DNA of 64,000 nucleotides from Tubulanus polymorphus (Eukaryota; Animalia; Nemertea): NCBI RefSeq assembly GCF_964204645.1, contig NC_134026.1, positions 8,827,950 to 8,891,949 of the forward strand, read 5' to 3'. Shown piece by piece: positions 63,673 to 64,000 of this stretch (position 1 is its first letter; each line of letters starts with the position of its first letter). The notes under the pieces were generated by a model. It saw only the letters and a program-made list of their open reading frames with translations, ran no database searches and was not told where the DNA came from. The position numbers and the translations under genes were made by a program.

Positions 63673-64000
63673 CCATGCGATTCTCGATATCCAAATTTTG
63701 ACACGACAACCAATCATTGATCAAGTATGAATGGGAGGTAGCGTTACCGTTAGGTACGAACGGATTACATTTACCGTTTCAATTAGTCCTGGCCGACACC
63801 GTTTTCACGAGCGTCGATCGTTCGGTTCTGGATAGTATATATTTTCGCGGCGGCTTCAGCGTGCGATGCGTCGCTCGGCCGACATCCGGCGACGGCTCGT
63901 TCTTCGGAGTCCCGATAAAAAGCCGTCCGGTCGTCGTCAGTCGCGAAAACGGCGTCTGCCAGTCGGCGATCGTTTCCGGGCACCGATACGGCCTTCAAGG
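63673..64000 (+). pseudogene. FRAS1: FRAS1-like extracellular matrix protein exon with a frameshifting deletion; runs off the right edge
   Basis: After the acceptor tttcag it reads PCDSRYPNFDT, then after a frameshift at ~63708 NQSLIKYEWEVALPLGTNGLHLPFQLVLADTVFTSVDRSVLDSIYFRGGFSVRCVARP...GVPIKSRPVVVSRENGVC. This matches recalled FRAS1 PCDPHFP...INQTSVQFSWEVAAP...FTSVNHMVLDSIYFSRRFHVRCVAK. Confidence 0.75.

Noticed and set aside
63783-63998. Minus-strand 71-aa ORF from the track
   Set aside because: It is the shadow of the plus-strand FRAS1-like frame.

Overview
AT-rich, intron-rich animal genomic DNA; it looks like a marine invertebrate, probably a lophotrochozoan, but the species cannot be fixed from sequence alone. 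Spliced genes reconstructed by hand: RMND5A (-, runs off the left edge), head-to-head with a ~25-exon AP5B1 (+); a two-exon GLUT8/Tret1-like sugar transporter (-), divergent from PAIP2 (+); PISD (-); a 10-exon secreted MACPF+ApeC (apextrin-like) gene (-); and a frameshifted FRAS1-like exon at the right edge (+). PISD has an apparent alternative N-terminal exon and carries a frameshifted antisense GPCR pseudogene in an intron. Introns are dense with MITEs (Harbinger-, hAT-, piggyBac- and Tc1-like), foldbacks, SINEs and a Helentron/HINE-like element, and there is a 2.4 kb array of a 64-bp unit. The most interesting signals are minimal hammerhead ribozyme motifs in Penelope-derived palindromic elements, the alternative membrane-anchored PISD isoform, the double-hairpin 64-bp array, the apextrin-like putative pore former and the orphan broken FRAS1 exon. 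All homology calls come from recalled motifs, not database searches.
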